DNA from: Octopus bimaculoides
Taxonomy: Eukaryota
NCBI RefSeq assembly: GCF_001194135.2
Contig: NC_068987.1
Location: forward strand, 37,438,867-37,500,838
Direction of reading: 5' to 3'
Length of the DNA: 61,972 bases
The notes under the pieces were generated by a model, which had not been told where the DNA came from, ran no database searches, and saw only the letters and a list, made by a program, of their open reading frames with translations. Shown piece by piece: positions 24,010 through 37,430 of this stretch (the first letter of the stretch is position 1; every line of letters starts with the position of its first letter). Both the position numbers and the translations under genes were made by a program.

Positions 24010-25560
24010 CTTTTATTCATTTATATATTTTGGACTAGTGGTTGCGGCCATGCTGGGTCTCCGCCATCGTAGTCACCTTTTAATTGGCCAGTTCTACGAG
24101 TTTGTCTTCTGGTGAAGGAGGGAGTTCGATATTCCTGCTCTGTTTTAAGTTTCCTGCCTTGATATTGGCTCATCTGGGATCTTGGATAGTAAATGGTCAA
24201 GTTGTTTCTTGAAAACATCTACTCCTACTCCATGGAGGTCACTCAGATGATTTGGCAAGGAGTTAAATAGCTGTGGGCCCTTGAATACCAAGCACACGAT
24301 CATCGCCCTAGATGAGACAGCTAGGACTTTTGGAACAGTGCAGTGACGTCCAACTCGAGGTCTGGTATAAATCTCAATTCCAAAGTTTGGTGCCAGCCCC
24401 TCCAGTATCTTCCATACATATATCACTGCGTACCTCTCCCCCTCTTCGCTCCAAGAAGTAGAATCGTAGCTCTTTCAGTCTCTCCCAGTAGTTCAGCTGT
24501 TCCATTGATGCATTCTTCTTCGTGTAGTATCTCTGAACCGCCTCAAGCCCTGCTATTAATCCTACAGTGTAGAGTGACTATAGTTGAGAGCAGTAGTCCA
24601 GACGGCTGAGGACAAATGTCCTCCATAGGACCAGCATAGTTTCCTGGTCCCTTGTTCTGAAGGTTCTCAGAATCTATCCGGCCATTCGCTTGCACACTGC
24701 GACCATCTTGGTGACATGTATGTGAAACGTGGCATTGTTGCTCATATCAATTCCAAGATCACCCACCGTATGTTATTCTTGGATCCCTGCTCCTTTTGGT
24801 TCACAATATCGTTGTTGTGACTTCTGAGCACTAATTAGTTGGTAGCAGAGGGCTTGGAATTTGTCTGCATTAAATTGCATGTTATTGGGCTCAGCCCATT
24901 TATATATGGCATCTAGGTCTTTCTGTAGAAGATTAGCATCAGAAGGTTCCTTGACTGCTTGTATTACTTTTGTGCCGTCGGCATAGCTAGTAAGTGTGGC
25001 TATCTGTGTAACTGATGGCATGTCTGAAGGAGCCATCATGAACAGTAGTGGTCTCGATACAGTTCCTTAAGGCACTCCACTTTCTATTACTGTCTCCGTG
25101 GAGAGGGCTCCGTTGGTTGCTACAGTCTGGCATCTGTCTTTTAAGAAGTCATGCAACCACTCTCCAATTCTCCCAGTTATGCCGAGTCTCCGTAGTTTGT
25201 GACATATCATCCCATGATCAACCTTATCAAAAGCCTTTGCAAAGTCAAGATATATCACATCTACATTTGAGCGATTCATTAATTGTTTCAACTCCCAGTC
25301 ATAGTGTTGCACAAGCTGTGTAAGACAGCTTCTGCCTGAGAGAAAGCCATGTTGAGTGTCAGGAAGCAAGTTATTATCTTCAAGGAATGCAATTAGTTTC
25401 TTCCTGACAATGCGATCCATGACTTTACTGACATGGGAAGTTATAGAGACAAGTCTATAATTCTTAGCATCTGCTCTGCTACTTCCCTTATGGGTAAGGT
25501 ATATAATGCCTTCCTTTAACTTTTTGGGAAGTCTCCCTGTTGTGAGGAAGATCTGAAAGA
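24010..25560 (-). mobile_element. CR1-clade LINE, 5'-truncated, 3' end intact
   Basis: NYRLVS.TSHV; QHGFLSGRSCLTQL; VIYLDFAKAFDKVDH; ESGVP; SYADGTKV; LQKDLDAIYKWA..NNMQFNADK; C-terminal IPDEP, then 3' UTR. Confidence 0.9.
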
Positions 25561-25900
25561 AAATCCATAAAATAGATATATGAATAAATAATTAATTGAT
25601 ATACCAGTTTCCATTCTTAACTATGTTTTATATTCTCTGTATATCATGTACTAAGGCAAAAGTAATTGTTGGAAATACTATATGGTCTTCGGTTCTGATA
25701 AACAAACAGATAGATTCTTGTACACATATGAAGCTACATACATACATACATACACACACACACGCACACACACGAACTTATATAGCCGTACACACTGATA
25801 TATTTGGCGGGCGAATCTATTTCGAGCGTTTCAATCAATTTGTTGTACCGATATTTTCGTATGACAGTGTAATCATGCAACTCTAGTAGGGCACCGGATA

Positions 25901-25920
25901 TCTTACGTAAGAACCACGTG
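25901..25920. promoter_or_regulatory. Candidate PAR-bZIP/D-box palindrome next to an E-box
   Basis: Perfect 12-bp palindrome TCTTACGTAAGA (25901-25912) and CACGTG (25915-25920) in a unique CpG-rich stretch. Motif match only. Confidence 0.3.
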
Positions 25921-28011
25921 ACCAGCGACCTTGCCTGCTTTTTGGTAAGTTGATATTAGAGTATTAAGAGTTGTTTACAGTAAATCTTTTAACCGTTTTA
26001 AGTTCGTTAATCCCTTATTATAAATAATTATTTAATATTTACTGACTCACGTTACCAACATGTGGTACCTATGTATATTATTGGCGTTAGAGATCGAGGT
26101 CACCGTAGTACTGAACGCCCCACGTTACAGAGATACAATTAGTTTTCGAATAACTTGTTCACTCCGTAAATATGTAAGCATGGCTGAGGTTTCTTTTAAC
26201 ATTGTGAACAGGAATAAACTAAACACTTAACGAATGACATGTAGCAATGTCCGATGAAGTTAATTAGCGGCGGAATTGTATGGTTTCGTGCCAATTTCCC
26301 AAATATATATACCTGTATCTCTACATATACCTGTATTGTTGCTATTATTTTTGTTGGTGCTTACCCATGTTATCTCGGATCCATCAACGACACTCCAGAC
26401 GTAGCAATCTGCCTAGGTGAAACTAGCCGAAGAGAACTAATCAAATTACGTTAACAAACGTAATTTTGTAAGTTCGAAATCTCGGTCCTAGATTATCCAC
26501 ATCTGGGTTGTACATTTATTTAATGTTCTTCCTACATATAAGATGAAATATTTTATGTTCGCCGCCCGCAAACGTCTTTGCTAGTATATATATATATATA
26601 TATNNNNNNNNNNNNNNNNNNNNNNNNNNNNNNNNNNNNNNNNNNNNNNNNNNNNNNNNNNNNNNNNNNNNNNNNNNNNNNNNNNNNNNNNNNNNNNNNN
26701 NNNNNNNNNNNNNNNNNNNNNNNNNNNNNNNNNNNNNNNNNNNNNNNNNNNNNNNNNNNNNNNNNNNNNNNNNNNNNNNNNNNNNNNNNNNNNNNNNNNN
26801 NNNNNNNNNNNNNNNNNNNNNNNNNNNNNNNNNNNNNNNNNNNNNNNNNNNNNNNNNNNNNNNNNNNNNNNNNNNNNNNNNNNNNNNNNNNNNNNNNNNN
26901 NNNNNNNNNNNNNNNNNNNNNNNNNNNNNNNNNNNNNNNNNNNNNNNNNNNNNNNNNNNNNNNNNNNNNNNNNNNNNNNNNNNNNNNNNNNNNNNNNNNN
27001 NNNNNNNNNNNNNNNNNNNNNNNNNNNNNNNNNNNNNNNNNNNNNNNNNNNNNNNNNNNNNNNNNNNNNNNNNNNNNNNNNNATATATATATATATATAT
27101 ATATACACAGTGAAGCTTTACTATAGCGTCGTATATTATCGTCTGCTGTTTCCAATAAATATTGGTGCATTGTTGTATCACTATCCTATATTTATACTTT
27201 AACCTGATGGTGCTTTGTTTCACTGGGATGCAATACTACTGTATTACCCTATTTAATAATTTAATATATATGTGTGTGTGTAACTGTGTACCTGTCTGTC
27301 TGTCTATCTGTCTGTCTGTCTGTCTGTCTGTCTGCCTGTCTGTCTGTCTGTCTATTTATCTATCTCTCTACATGTGCAAATATGTAAAGTATGTAATGTC
27401 TGTCAATATGTATCTGTATGTATGAGTGGATTTGTCTAGGTATGTACGTATGTCTGTATGTATATGTGTATATATGTATGTAATATCAGTATGCATGTGT
27501 ATGTATATATAGTGTTTCTTGTAGTTATTTCTGTACACTCGTTTCACGCTGGTATCCAGGAATTTGGACAGAGTGGCACCCAGCAGACTTTCTTAGTAGC
27601 TGAAGGAGCAAAAGCTCTTGTCTTTTGCTCCTCCAACTACTCAGAGGGCTTGCTTGTTTTACAAACGACTGAATTATTGAAATACTTTTTGCAGTAACCG
27701 TCGTAGAACATGCATCCTTATTTCAAATATTACAAGCTGTATTATCTGTCACTGTTAATTGAGATTTAGCGGATAAAATATTCCTATTATTAGTTCCACA
27801 GTTATAATTAACTTTAATATTATTTCTATGAAGCAACTTACCGAATCTCTGCTGAACAGGCAATGGTTATTAATATACAAGTTTCTAGGAAATATTAAAT
27901 TCATCATACTAAAAGAACTTTTAGTTATTACATTATAATAAGTAATTAATCTCCGATATATAAAGTTTTTTTAATTTATTTTGACAAATAATAATAGTAA
28001 TAATAATAATA

Positions 28012-28197
28012 CATCGTACTAAAGGCACAAGGCCTGAAATTTTGGGCCAGTGTTCAACTGGTACTTATTTTATCGACGTCGAAAAGAGAAAAGGCAAAGT
28101 CGACTCCGGCGACATTTGAACTCAGAACATAAGGCCCGATGAAATTCTGCTAAGCATTTCGCCTGCTGTGTTAAACATTCTGCCAGCTTGCCACCCT
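28012..28197 (-). mobile_element. SINE family B
   Basis: Reverse-complement match to 21606-21835. Confidence 0.75.
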
Positions 28198-28300
<103 letters not shown>

Positions 28301-28620
28301 AGACAACACCNNNNNNNNNNNNNNNNNNNNNNNNNNNNNNNNNNNNNNNNNNNNNNNNNNNNNNNNNNNNNNNNNNNNNNNNNNNNNNNNNNNNNNNNNN
28401 NNNNNNNNNNNNNNNNNNNNNNNNNNNNNNNNNNNNNNNNNNNNNNNNNNNNNNNNNNNNNNNNNNNNNNNNNNNNNNNNNNNNNNNNNNNNNNNNNNNN
28501 NNNNNNNNNNNNNNNNNNNNNNNNNNNNNNNNNNNNNNNNNNNNNNNNNNNNNNNNNNNNNNNNNNNNNNNNNNNNNNNNNNNNNNNNNNNNNNNNNNNN
28601 NNNNNNNNNNNNNNNNNNNN

Positions 28621-28697
28621 ACAGCACATACCCAAGGCACACAGAGCTGCGCTCGGTAGTGAAGTGAAAGCGCGTTATAAAAATAAAACTACTGAAC
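28621..28697 (+). mobile_element. Probable 3' end of a non-LTR element running into (TAA)n
   Basis: …GTTATAAAAATAAAACTACTGAAC is followed directly by (AAT)n. The upstream part is lost in a gap, so the family is inferred from context only. Confidence 0.35.
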
Positions 28698-28754
<57 letters not shown>

Positions 28755-28770
28755 TATAATAATAATAATA

Positions 28771-28860
<90 letters not shown>
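28697..28860. repeat. Compound (TAA)n(TGA)n(TAA)n microsatellite
   Basis: Direct reading. Confidence 0.95.
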
Positions 28861-28861
<1 letters not shown>

Positions 28862-31290
28862 GAGACAACACCGTTTAACATGTGAGAGCGATAAAACACT
28901 GCTCAGAAATCTATCCAAAAACATCGGGAATAAAGACAACAAATAGAGCCTGAAATAATTGACAAAGTGTTGGACTATGTCCGAGTAAGTAATACTCATT
29001 AAAATTTATTTCTATTTTCCAAATGAAATTATGTATTTTAACTGTGTATCCTCTCCATCACTCGCACAATACTTGTAAAGACGCTCACCACATTACGATC
29101 CAATCAACATCAGACCATCTCTGCCCCAACCACCATGCACAAATCATACCCGTATTATTCAACCCAAGGATAACCAATGGGAAGTACGTATTTTAAACTT
29201 GTTACACAAAAAGTACACGTGCAAAACCATTTAACACCTGGTATGAACGGACTGGTACCCTACGAAAATGATGACCATAGAAAATAAAGGGTAGGACGTT
29301 ATTCCTTCTGTCCCGCAAATAAAATCTAAAAAGCATAAATGAACATGTGGGGAATATATTTCAATCCTACACGCTTATTTTACAGCAGTGCTCTACCCAC
29401 AGAACAAAAACACAACAACATATACATATAAAATCTGGAAGAAAAATAGCCTAGATAAAGACTTGGATACAGCAACGAACGGAACTATATTCTCAAAACA
29501 AAAAAAGAAAAAATATCAGAAATAGAAATAGAACACTCAAAAGGAAAAATACATCAAGAAAACGTAGATAGTAACCACACAGCAATGTCAAATAATATCA
29601 CAAGCAGTGGGACTGTAAAATACGAAGACAGCCGTAACATGTCCAATAAAAACGAAGTAAACAACGAAAGAGAACAAACGCAGACGGTAGGAATGTATTA
29701 TGATGAGCAAAATGCACCAAACCAGAACACCACATACAAAAATATGAACGGAGGGAATACGGAATAAAGCTAAAACCTGGAAACAGTGAAGGTGAAACTA
29801 ATGATTATGATACTCTAAAAATGAGCATAATCAAAGAACTGAAAGCAGCAGATCTTAGTGGTTACTATCTTAGTGGTTACTATCTACGTTTTCCTGATGT
29901 ATTTTTCCTAATAGCCACAGAAACAAATGTCAATATGACCAGGCTAAATGATATAATATATGCAACAACCTCCGTGGCCATAAAAGAACCTGGATGCCCC
30001 CTAAAACCCATCCAAACAGATGCATCACCACTCAAACAAACCCAGTGGGTAAATAATATCCAGAAAAAAAAAGAAAAAAAAGAGAAAGGATCAGTCAATC
30101 TTTACTAAGCAACAAGAAGAGAAAGAAAATATTATGTAAATACAAAATTACAGAACAAGGTATACCTGAGGTAAAAGAACAGTTAAAGCAAGATATCCTT
30201 GCCAAAGCACAAAGAATCCACCGGTATGAGAAACGCCAACGTTTCTTTGAAAAAAACAAACAATTCAATTCCAGCTTTAAAAGATTCTAACCAAGAACTT
30301 GGCAAAAATAAAATAGAGATCAATGCAACACCAACAGTAGAAGAAGTGAAAGAATCTTGGAAAGAAAAGTGGTTGGCAAAGGAACAACCTCAGAGAAGGA
30401 CTATCAAAACAACGAACACAGCACTTGAAGAAATCTGGACCCCTATAAGAACTGAAGAAACTAAAAATCCCCAGCTTCAGGTTAAAATATCTAACACGAA
30501 CACATAAAAAGTTAGCTGAAAAATTTAAAGAAATACTAGCAGAGCCAGAGACAATGCTTGAATGGTTCACGGACGGGAAAACTATCTTAATTCCCAAATC
30601 CACCGAAACGGTGAACCCACAAAATTACAGACCGATAACTGGTCTCGCTACAATTTACAAAGCCTTTACTGTAATAATATCGCAGAGAATGAGCAAGCAT
30701 CTGGAAGAAAACACCCTGCTTCCAGAAGAGTATTTCTGGATGCTGCAAGGGCTCCTACGGCTGTAAAGAGATCAGCTACTGATTAATAAAGCCATAACTG
30801 AAGACAGCTGCAAAAAAAAAAGAATGGTCTAAGTATGACCTGGATCGATTACCGAAAGGCTTTTCATAGTATTCCCCACACATGGACCCTTGAAACACTA
30901 GCTGTGAACAAGGTAGCACCAATAATCCTAAAATATATAAAACATTCCATGAATAAATGGCAGACAGTGCTACAGCTCCAGACAAAAGAGGGACTCATGA
31001 AAACCAAAGCTATCCCCATTAGAAGAGGAATATTCCAGAGAGACACACTCTCTCCACTCTTTTTCTACTTGGCACTGACACCTTTATCTGACAAGCTAAA
31101 CAGAACTGGATGTGAATACAACTGTTACGGCAAAACAATCAACCACCTCTTATATATGGATGATCTAAAACTGTACGCTATAAATGATAAACAGCTATAA
31201 ACATTACTACAGACAGTACATAGATTTACCAAAGAAACAAATATGAAATTTGGCTTAGAAAAATTTGTCAAAACAACCTTTGAAAGATGA
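28861..31290 (+). mobile_element. R4/Dong-clade non-LTR retrotransposon, 5' region through RT, decayed
   Basis: EWFTDGKTILIPK…PQNYRPITGL.TIYK; WIDYRKAFHSIPHTW; RRGIFQRDTLSPL; INHLLYMDDLKLYA; N-terminal …AYFTAVLYP…YKIW. Confidence 0.85.
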
Positions 31291-31689
31291 ACGAATGAAA
31301 ATGCAAAACTGACCTCTGACTGTAAGGCACCGGAACAAATAGCAAATCCAATGATTCTGCCGCAAAACAACTTTGATGATATAAAAAAAAAAGCAATGGC
31401 AAGAAAAGCCGTAGAAATTTATCGAATAATCACCTGCTTCAATTTGTTATGGAAGTTACTCACATGAATTTTTCATATACAATTATTTGATTCAAATCAA
31501 AGTGCAAGTAACACTTAAAAGGCACCAGAGACTATCTGATCATTATCAAAATGGTAACGCAGAACTACAGGCGACAACAGACGCATTAGTGCATAGAATG
31601 GGTCGACTTTAGAAAGGCTTACGGTAATATGCCCTTTCTCGGATTGTGGAATCATCTAGTCATAGCTAGAAACTGCATTAACATCCTCT

Positions 31690-32130
31690 GAGGTAGTAAC
31701 GATGTTCTTGAAAACGAACTTGACGGTAGACATGAAATCATTAGCTTCTGCAGCCTTTAAAAGAGCTGATTCATTCTTCTTCTTCTTATTTGTTATCACG
31801 CTAACATTCATCAAGAAAATTCACCAAGGGCTACAAACTCCCAACAAATGCACCTTTTCTAAATCTTCTATTCTTCATAGAAGACCTGAAAATATTTGCA
31901 AAGTTTGAAAAAGAAATCAATTCACTTGTTAATATAGTAAAAGTGTGTTGCAGTGATATTGAAATGGAGTTTAGTGTATCAAAATGTGCAACTTTGGCCA
32001 TGAAGAGAGAGGAAAGAGCGCGATGGCATTCAAGTACGCTAGAAATAGATGACATTATGCATATGGAAATGAAGGAAAAGTGAAAGCTATATTTGAAGAG
32101 AGTAAAGCTTCTTTTCAGGTTCACTCATAA
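31690..32130 (+). mobile_element. Second R4-clade RT fragment (different family)
   Basis: Frameshifted readings LLFIEDLKIFAK.EKEINSLV and DIEMEFSVSKCATL.MKR, the R4-type RT6-7 region. Confidence 0.7.
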
Positions 32131-32589
32131 CTCAAGTCACTTAATATAGGGCGTCGGGACGATCTTCACAATGAGTCATACATGTGACAGCAGGTGTTCG
32201 ATATAACTCCGAAAGTCAGCCATACTCGGATACAGGACGAATAAGCGCAGAACACTTTTTGTCGCTCTGCGCGCCTCTCGGACGATCCTGCTGATAGCAC
32301 TTCCATGCTTGTCGAGTTTATCTCCAAACGGTTCAGCCACGATCCATGTGAAATAACCAGGTCAAATGATAATAGATCCTAATTTAGGCACGGAGTCAGC
32401 ATTTTTCAGTTCAGAGATAAGTCAACAGCAATGTCCTCAATGCTTGATTGGCACTTTATATTATGAACTCGAACGAATAAATAGCTCAGTGGATTTCAGT
32501 GGGATTTGAAGTCAAAACGCTAGGAGCCATAACAGAATTCCAGCAGACATTTTGTCCATCGACTTAATAACATCAATTCATCCAATCAT

Positions 32590-32640
<51 letters not shown>

Positions 32641-33085
32641 TACATACATACATACATACATACATACATACATGTGTAAACACATAAAAGTATGCTTGGG
32701 TTTTCAGAAAACAAAACCAGCCAGTCAACACGCACAAATACAATCTGTAAGCGGAATAGTAAAAATATTCAAGACTTTTCTCAAGTTCAAAATGTGAATT
32801 TGTTTTTGTGATGTACATTCCAACGATGCAGCTTTGCATCTTTGTGAGAAACGTGCTCCCTCTCAACAGAAAGCTTTCAGATAATTAAGAATAGAAAAAG
32901 CAAGCATATCACATATATAGATGTGTGTGTCTGTGTGTGTTTGTGTGTGTGTTTGTGTGTGTGTGTTTGTGTGTGTATGTGTGCGTTTGTGTACAAACAT
33001 GCATATCCATGTGCATACATACATATAAACGCACATATAAATGTAGATATGTACGTATGCATGTATGTTTGTGTCTGTGTCCGAG

Positions 33086-33124
<39 letters not shown>

Positions 33125-33467
33125 ATGTGATATGTATATGCAGTTGTATACTCATAATGGAAAGAGAAAATATAAGAAAATATAATTAAAACCGACACAC
33201 GGAAAAACATTAACTACTTGTCATAAACTACAATTTTAAATTCGCAATTAATACGAAATGTATTATACATATGTACAGACATATGTGTGTGTGCGTGTGT
33301 GTAACTAAGCCTAAAAAAATTAATGGAAATTATATAGTCCCATAAATCACAGCAATAAATTGACGCCATTTGCAGAACAATCAAGTATGTATGTACGTAC
33401 GTATGTATGTATGTATGTATGTATGCATGCATCTATCTATCTATCTATCTATCTATCTACCTACCTA

Positions 33468-33535
33468 TACTCTTTTACTCTTTTACTTGTTTCAGTCTTT
33501 TGATTGTGGCCATGCAGGAGCACCGCCTTTTAGCA
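33468..33535 (-). mobile_element. SINE family A, 3' tip
   Basis: CTCTTTTACTCTTTTACTTGTTTCAGTC…GTGGCCATGCAGGAGCACCGCC. Confidence 0.65.
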
Positions 33536-33691
33536 CCACCTATATATATATATATATATATANNNNNNNNNNNNNNNNNNNNNNNNNNNNNNNNNNNNNN
33601 NNNNNNNNNNNNNNNNNNNNNNNNNNNNNNNNNNNNNNNNNNAGATAGATATATAGATAGATAGATAGATAGATAATTATAGATATATATA

Positions 33692-34913
33692 CAGGCATGA
33701 CAGAAGTAAGACGACACCCTTATAATCATTAAAATTTATACAAAATCTGAAATTATACATTTAAATTATTAATTATTATAATCTCGTATTTAGTAGACAT
33801 GCCCTTTGCATTTTTCAATGCAAAGATTCTATAAGGCATGCTACTGATCAGATGACGAATATTCTCTTGGGAAATTTCTTACCAAGTTTCATGCAGTAAT
33901 CTCAAATGATCTGGCTTTGAGGAAGCTTTTTTAAAATCCTTTTTACGAAGTGTCCTGTCCATTATGCCCCATAGGTGTTCAATAGTGTACATATCTGGTG
34001 ACTGGCTTGGCCATGGAAGTTTTTTCATGCAATTCTTTTACAAACAATCTTGGGTCTTTTTAGCTGTGTGACAAGGAGCCCCATCTTCCCTAAATAGTCT
34101 TCTTTAATCGTTTCACCATTGGAGAAGACTGGAAGAAGCCCTTTCTGCAATATGGACACATATTTACCTGAGTTTATGATTCCATCACACTCCACCAGCT
34201 CTGATTTACCATTGCTCCCCATACCATCACAAAATAGCCGCCTTGTTTCATCGTTGGCAGCAATCTTCTCATGTCAAATTCTTGATCACAGCCTCTCCAG
34301 ACCAACACTCGACCGCTGTCAGAAAATTCAGCAAATCTGGACTCATCAGAGAATATGATAGTGTCCCAAAATGCTAGCGGCCACTCCATCGTCTCATTAA
34401 CCCAATCTTTTCTTCACTTGATATTGGCTGGTTGAAGAAATGGCTTCTTTCTTGCTGCTCTGCCATAGTAGCTAAGTTTGTGGAGATATCTGACAGCTGT
34501 TCTGAGACTAACATTAACTTGTTTTGCTATGTCAGAGGCCTTTCAATGAGGATTGTCATCCACACTTCACTTAACAAAGCAATAGATCTTATCAAAGGGC
34601 TCTGGTCGATCTGGACAATGTAATGTGGACTCCTTCCCCTCTCTGGTGAATTGCACAACTACTCTATTAACTGTAGAAAGCAGGACCCAAAGGTTCGCTG
34701 CGATTTTACGCTGACTAAGTCCACCTTCAGATTGACCTACAATACGACTTGTTTCAAATTTGGACAGTTCCAAGGTTTCTTTTGTACGTGACATGATTAA
34801 ACTGTCACATAGAGAACCTGAAACATAAAAATGTCAATTAAAAAAAAGTAAACTTTTTCAAGTTAAAATAAACATGCAACAATGCTTTATGGGGTATCTA
34901 TTTACTTCTGTCA

Positions 34914-34919
<6 letters not shown>
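33692..34919 (-). mobile_element. Tc1-family DNA transposon with both TIRs; transposase pseudogene
   Basis: TIRs TA-CAGGCATGACAGAAGTAA (33690) and TTACTTCTGTCATG (34902-34915). HTH IVGQSEGGLSQRKIA; IIFSDESRF; VMVWG; WPSQSPD..IEHLW. Confidence 0.85.
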
Positions 34920-35009
<90 letters not shown>

Positions 35010-35374
35010 CGTGTCTAAACGTCAGACCACTGAGCCGGAATTTGAGAAGTACAGGGTCCGATTTTCTGTAGACACTTGCTGGCTATTTTCTCCCGTCTTC
35101 TAAAGCGTTTTTACCCGATTTTCTAAGTTGTCTTCATAGCGATTCTGTGTTCGAGAATTTCACTATCTTCTGTAGAATACCAACTCACTCGGCGCTTATA
35201 CGTTTGTTTACAAAATATTCTCATACATACATACATATATATGTATACATACACACATACACACATCCAGATATACATATATATGTGTGTGAATGTATGT
35301 ATTTTTAGAACAGATGTATGTATATATATGAGAATATATNNNNNNNNNNNNNNNNNNNNNNNNNNNNNNNNNNN

Positions 35375-35410
<36 letters not shown>

Positions 35411-35429
35411 CACATTCAGCTGCCACTGC

Positions 35430-36420
35430 AATATATACTCCCTTTAACAGATTCCAGTGGTGTCTGTATCTTCCGAAACTATCACCCCCTACGGAGGCAA
35501 ACAACATTGATGCTATGCCAGGGATTATCGTAGTTTTTTAGCCCACCTTTTCTTTTTCCACTATCCTTGTTGTCACCACGTCACACTGAGTGCACTTGTA
35601 CCCACACCTACTGGCTAATAACAATCTTTTACTACTTGCTGACTATTTGTTCGTTCACCTCAACATCAGTTTTTCTTTTACATACATTAATGGTGAAACA
35701 ATTTCAGTTAATATCTTCAGTTCACAAGTCATTGCTTTGCTGCTTTCCGTGAGTTGAAATACCAGCTAGAGAGGGCATAGCAGTACTAGCTACAAATCCA
35801 AGACATCTCACTCTTACTTGATGTACCTTATGGTACTTTGCCTGTGCCCAACAGCATCCCTTATTTCATATTTTAGCCTCCTTTTTGTATACGCTCTATT
35901 GCCTTCCTAAAGCAATTCAACTCAACATTTTAGGATATTTACCAAGGAAATCCATTCGATACGGTCATGGTATTGCTTCACTATCACAATATGACTCGGG
36001 GCCTCTAGTGCCATCTTCAATTTCACCTATCCCTGCCAGTCATTAGCATCATTCACTAGTCTGTGCCTCATCTTCGTTGAGGCTTCTGTTTCTTTTCTCA
36101 CTATTCCTGTTGAAAGCTACAGAATACAACTTTGTGTTGATTCTCATTGTATTGATATCTCTGCATTGTGGTTTTAACAAGAATGCTGGTGAAATGCTAA
36201 TGTCGTCAGGCATTCTCTGCAAGGGATGTATGCACGCAGACAGAACATCATGCATCAATGATGCATAAATTCTGTATCATTGGCACTAAGTAGTGACACT
36301 CCAACCCCACTAATATTTGGATGGATACACATCGTACGATTCTCAGGAGTAATCGCAACCTGAAAGTCTCCAATTTCCATAACACTACATAGCACAACAA
36401 TAACACTACATAGCACTACA
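35430..36420 (-). mobile_element. Highly decayed LINE remnant, probably RTE
   Basis: Related to 20150-20680. Residual Cys-rich reading near 35580-35610; no clean RT motif. Confidence 0.35.
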
Positions 36421-36504
36421 ATAGCTTCATTTGCTCAGCTACCCTTCTCTCTTAGCCTCTCTCCCATTCTCTCTCTTTCCTTAAACACGCGCGCGCGCAC
36501 ACAT

Positions 36505-36544
<40 letters not shown>

Positions 36545-37099
36545 ACACACACACACACACACGTACACTCACAAAGAAAGAAAGGAAGAAAGAAAGAGAA
36601 AAGTAAGTAATAAAGAAGGAAAGAAAGAAGGAATGAAAGAATGTGAGAGTAAATAAGAGCTTATATATTAAGCAGAAAGGTGTATGTGTCATAATATAAA
36701 GGATGAGAGCGCACAATGCGTGTATGAAAATTTTTATTCTAAATAATGAATAGTGACAGAAGTAAATAATTAATAGCGACAATATTAATACCAAAAGATA
36801 ATATTCATCTTCCACTTATAAGTGAATGCTGTGTTAGAACACAGAATACTGTGTTAATTACCATGAGAAAACGTCTCGTATAGACTTGTGATACATACAA
36901 GCACACGTGTTTATGACGCTAGCGGGAGATAATCGTTTTCAATCGCCGCCTGGACTACCTTCTTTGGCTTTGTCGATGGCAGTCACCCGAGGTTAGTAAT
37001 AGCTGCGATTCCTCCAACGTCTGAAATTGACAACGTGAAGGAAGGCCAAAATCTTGTGATTTGGTAATCCTAATGGAAATAGCGGTGCTATTATTATCC

Positions 37100-37430
37100 T
37101 TTCCTTTCCAACACCACTTCTTTCACCGGACAAACTTCCGCACCTTCTACATTAGGGACTCTTTCCATTGCATCCTACTTCTCTTATCAACATTTTCGCG
37201 TGTTTCATGCATAATTCAAATTATAACGAGGAAATTAACTGCCAACTGCCCGACAGGTTTACAGAGCACCTCACAGACATCTGACTTGACAAAAGCTCAT
37301 CTGTACTCGACAGATTCCNNNNNNNNNNNNNNNNNNNNNNNNNNNNNNNNNNNNNNCCCCCCCCCACCGATCATTCAACCCAACTCATCTCGGTCTTCAG
37401 TTAGACGTCCACGACATATTTTTAATTTCT
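37100..37430 (+). mobile_element. Penelope-like GIY-YIG fragment
   Basis: TFYIRDSFHC followed by frameshifted …DRFTEHL.DI. Confidence 0.65.

Noticed and set aside
27458-27697. 79-aa ORF as a host exon
   Set aside because: It starts in a microsatellite, has no convincing donor and shows no recognisable motif in any frame.
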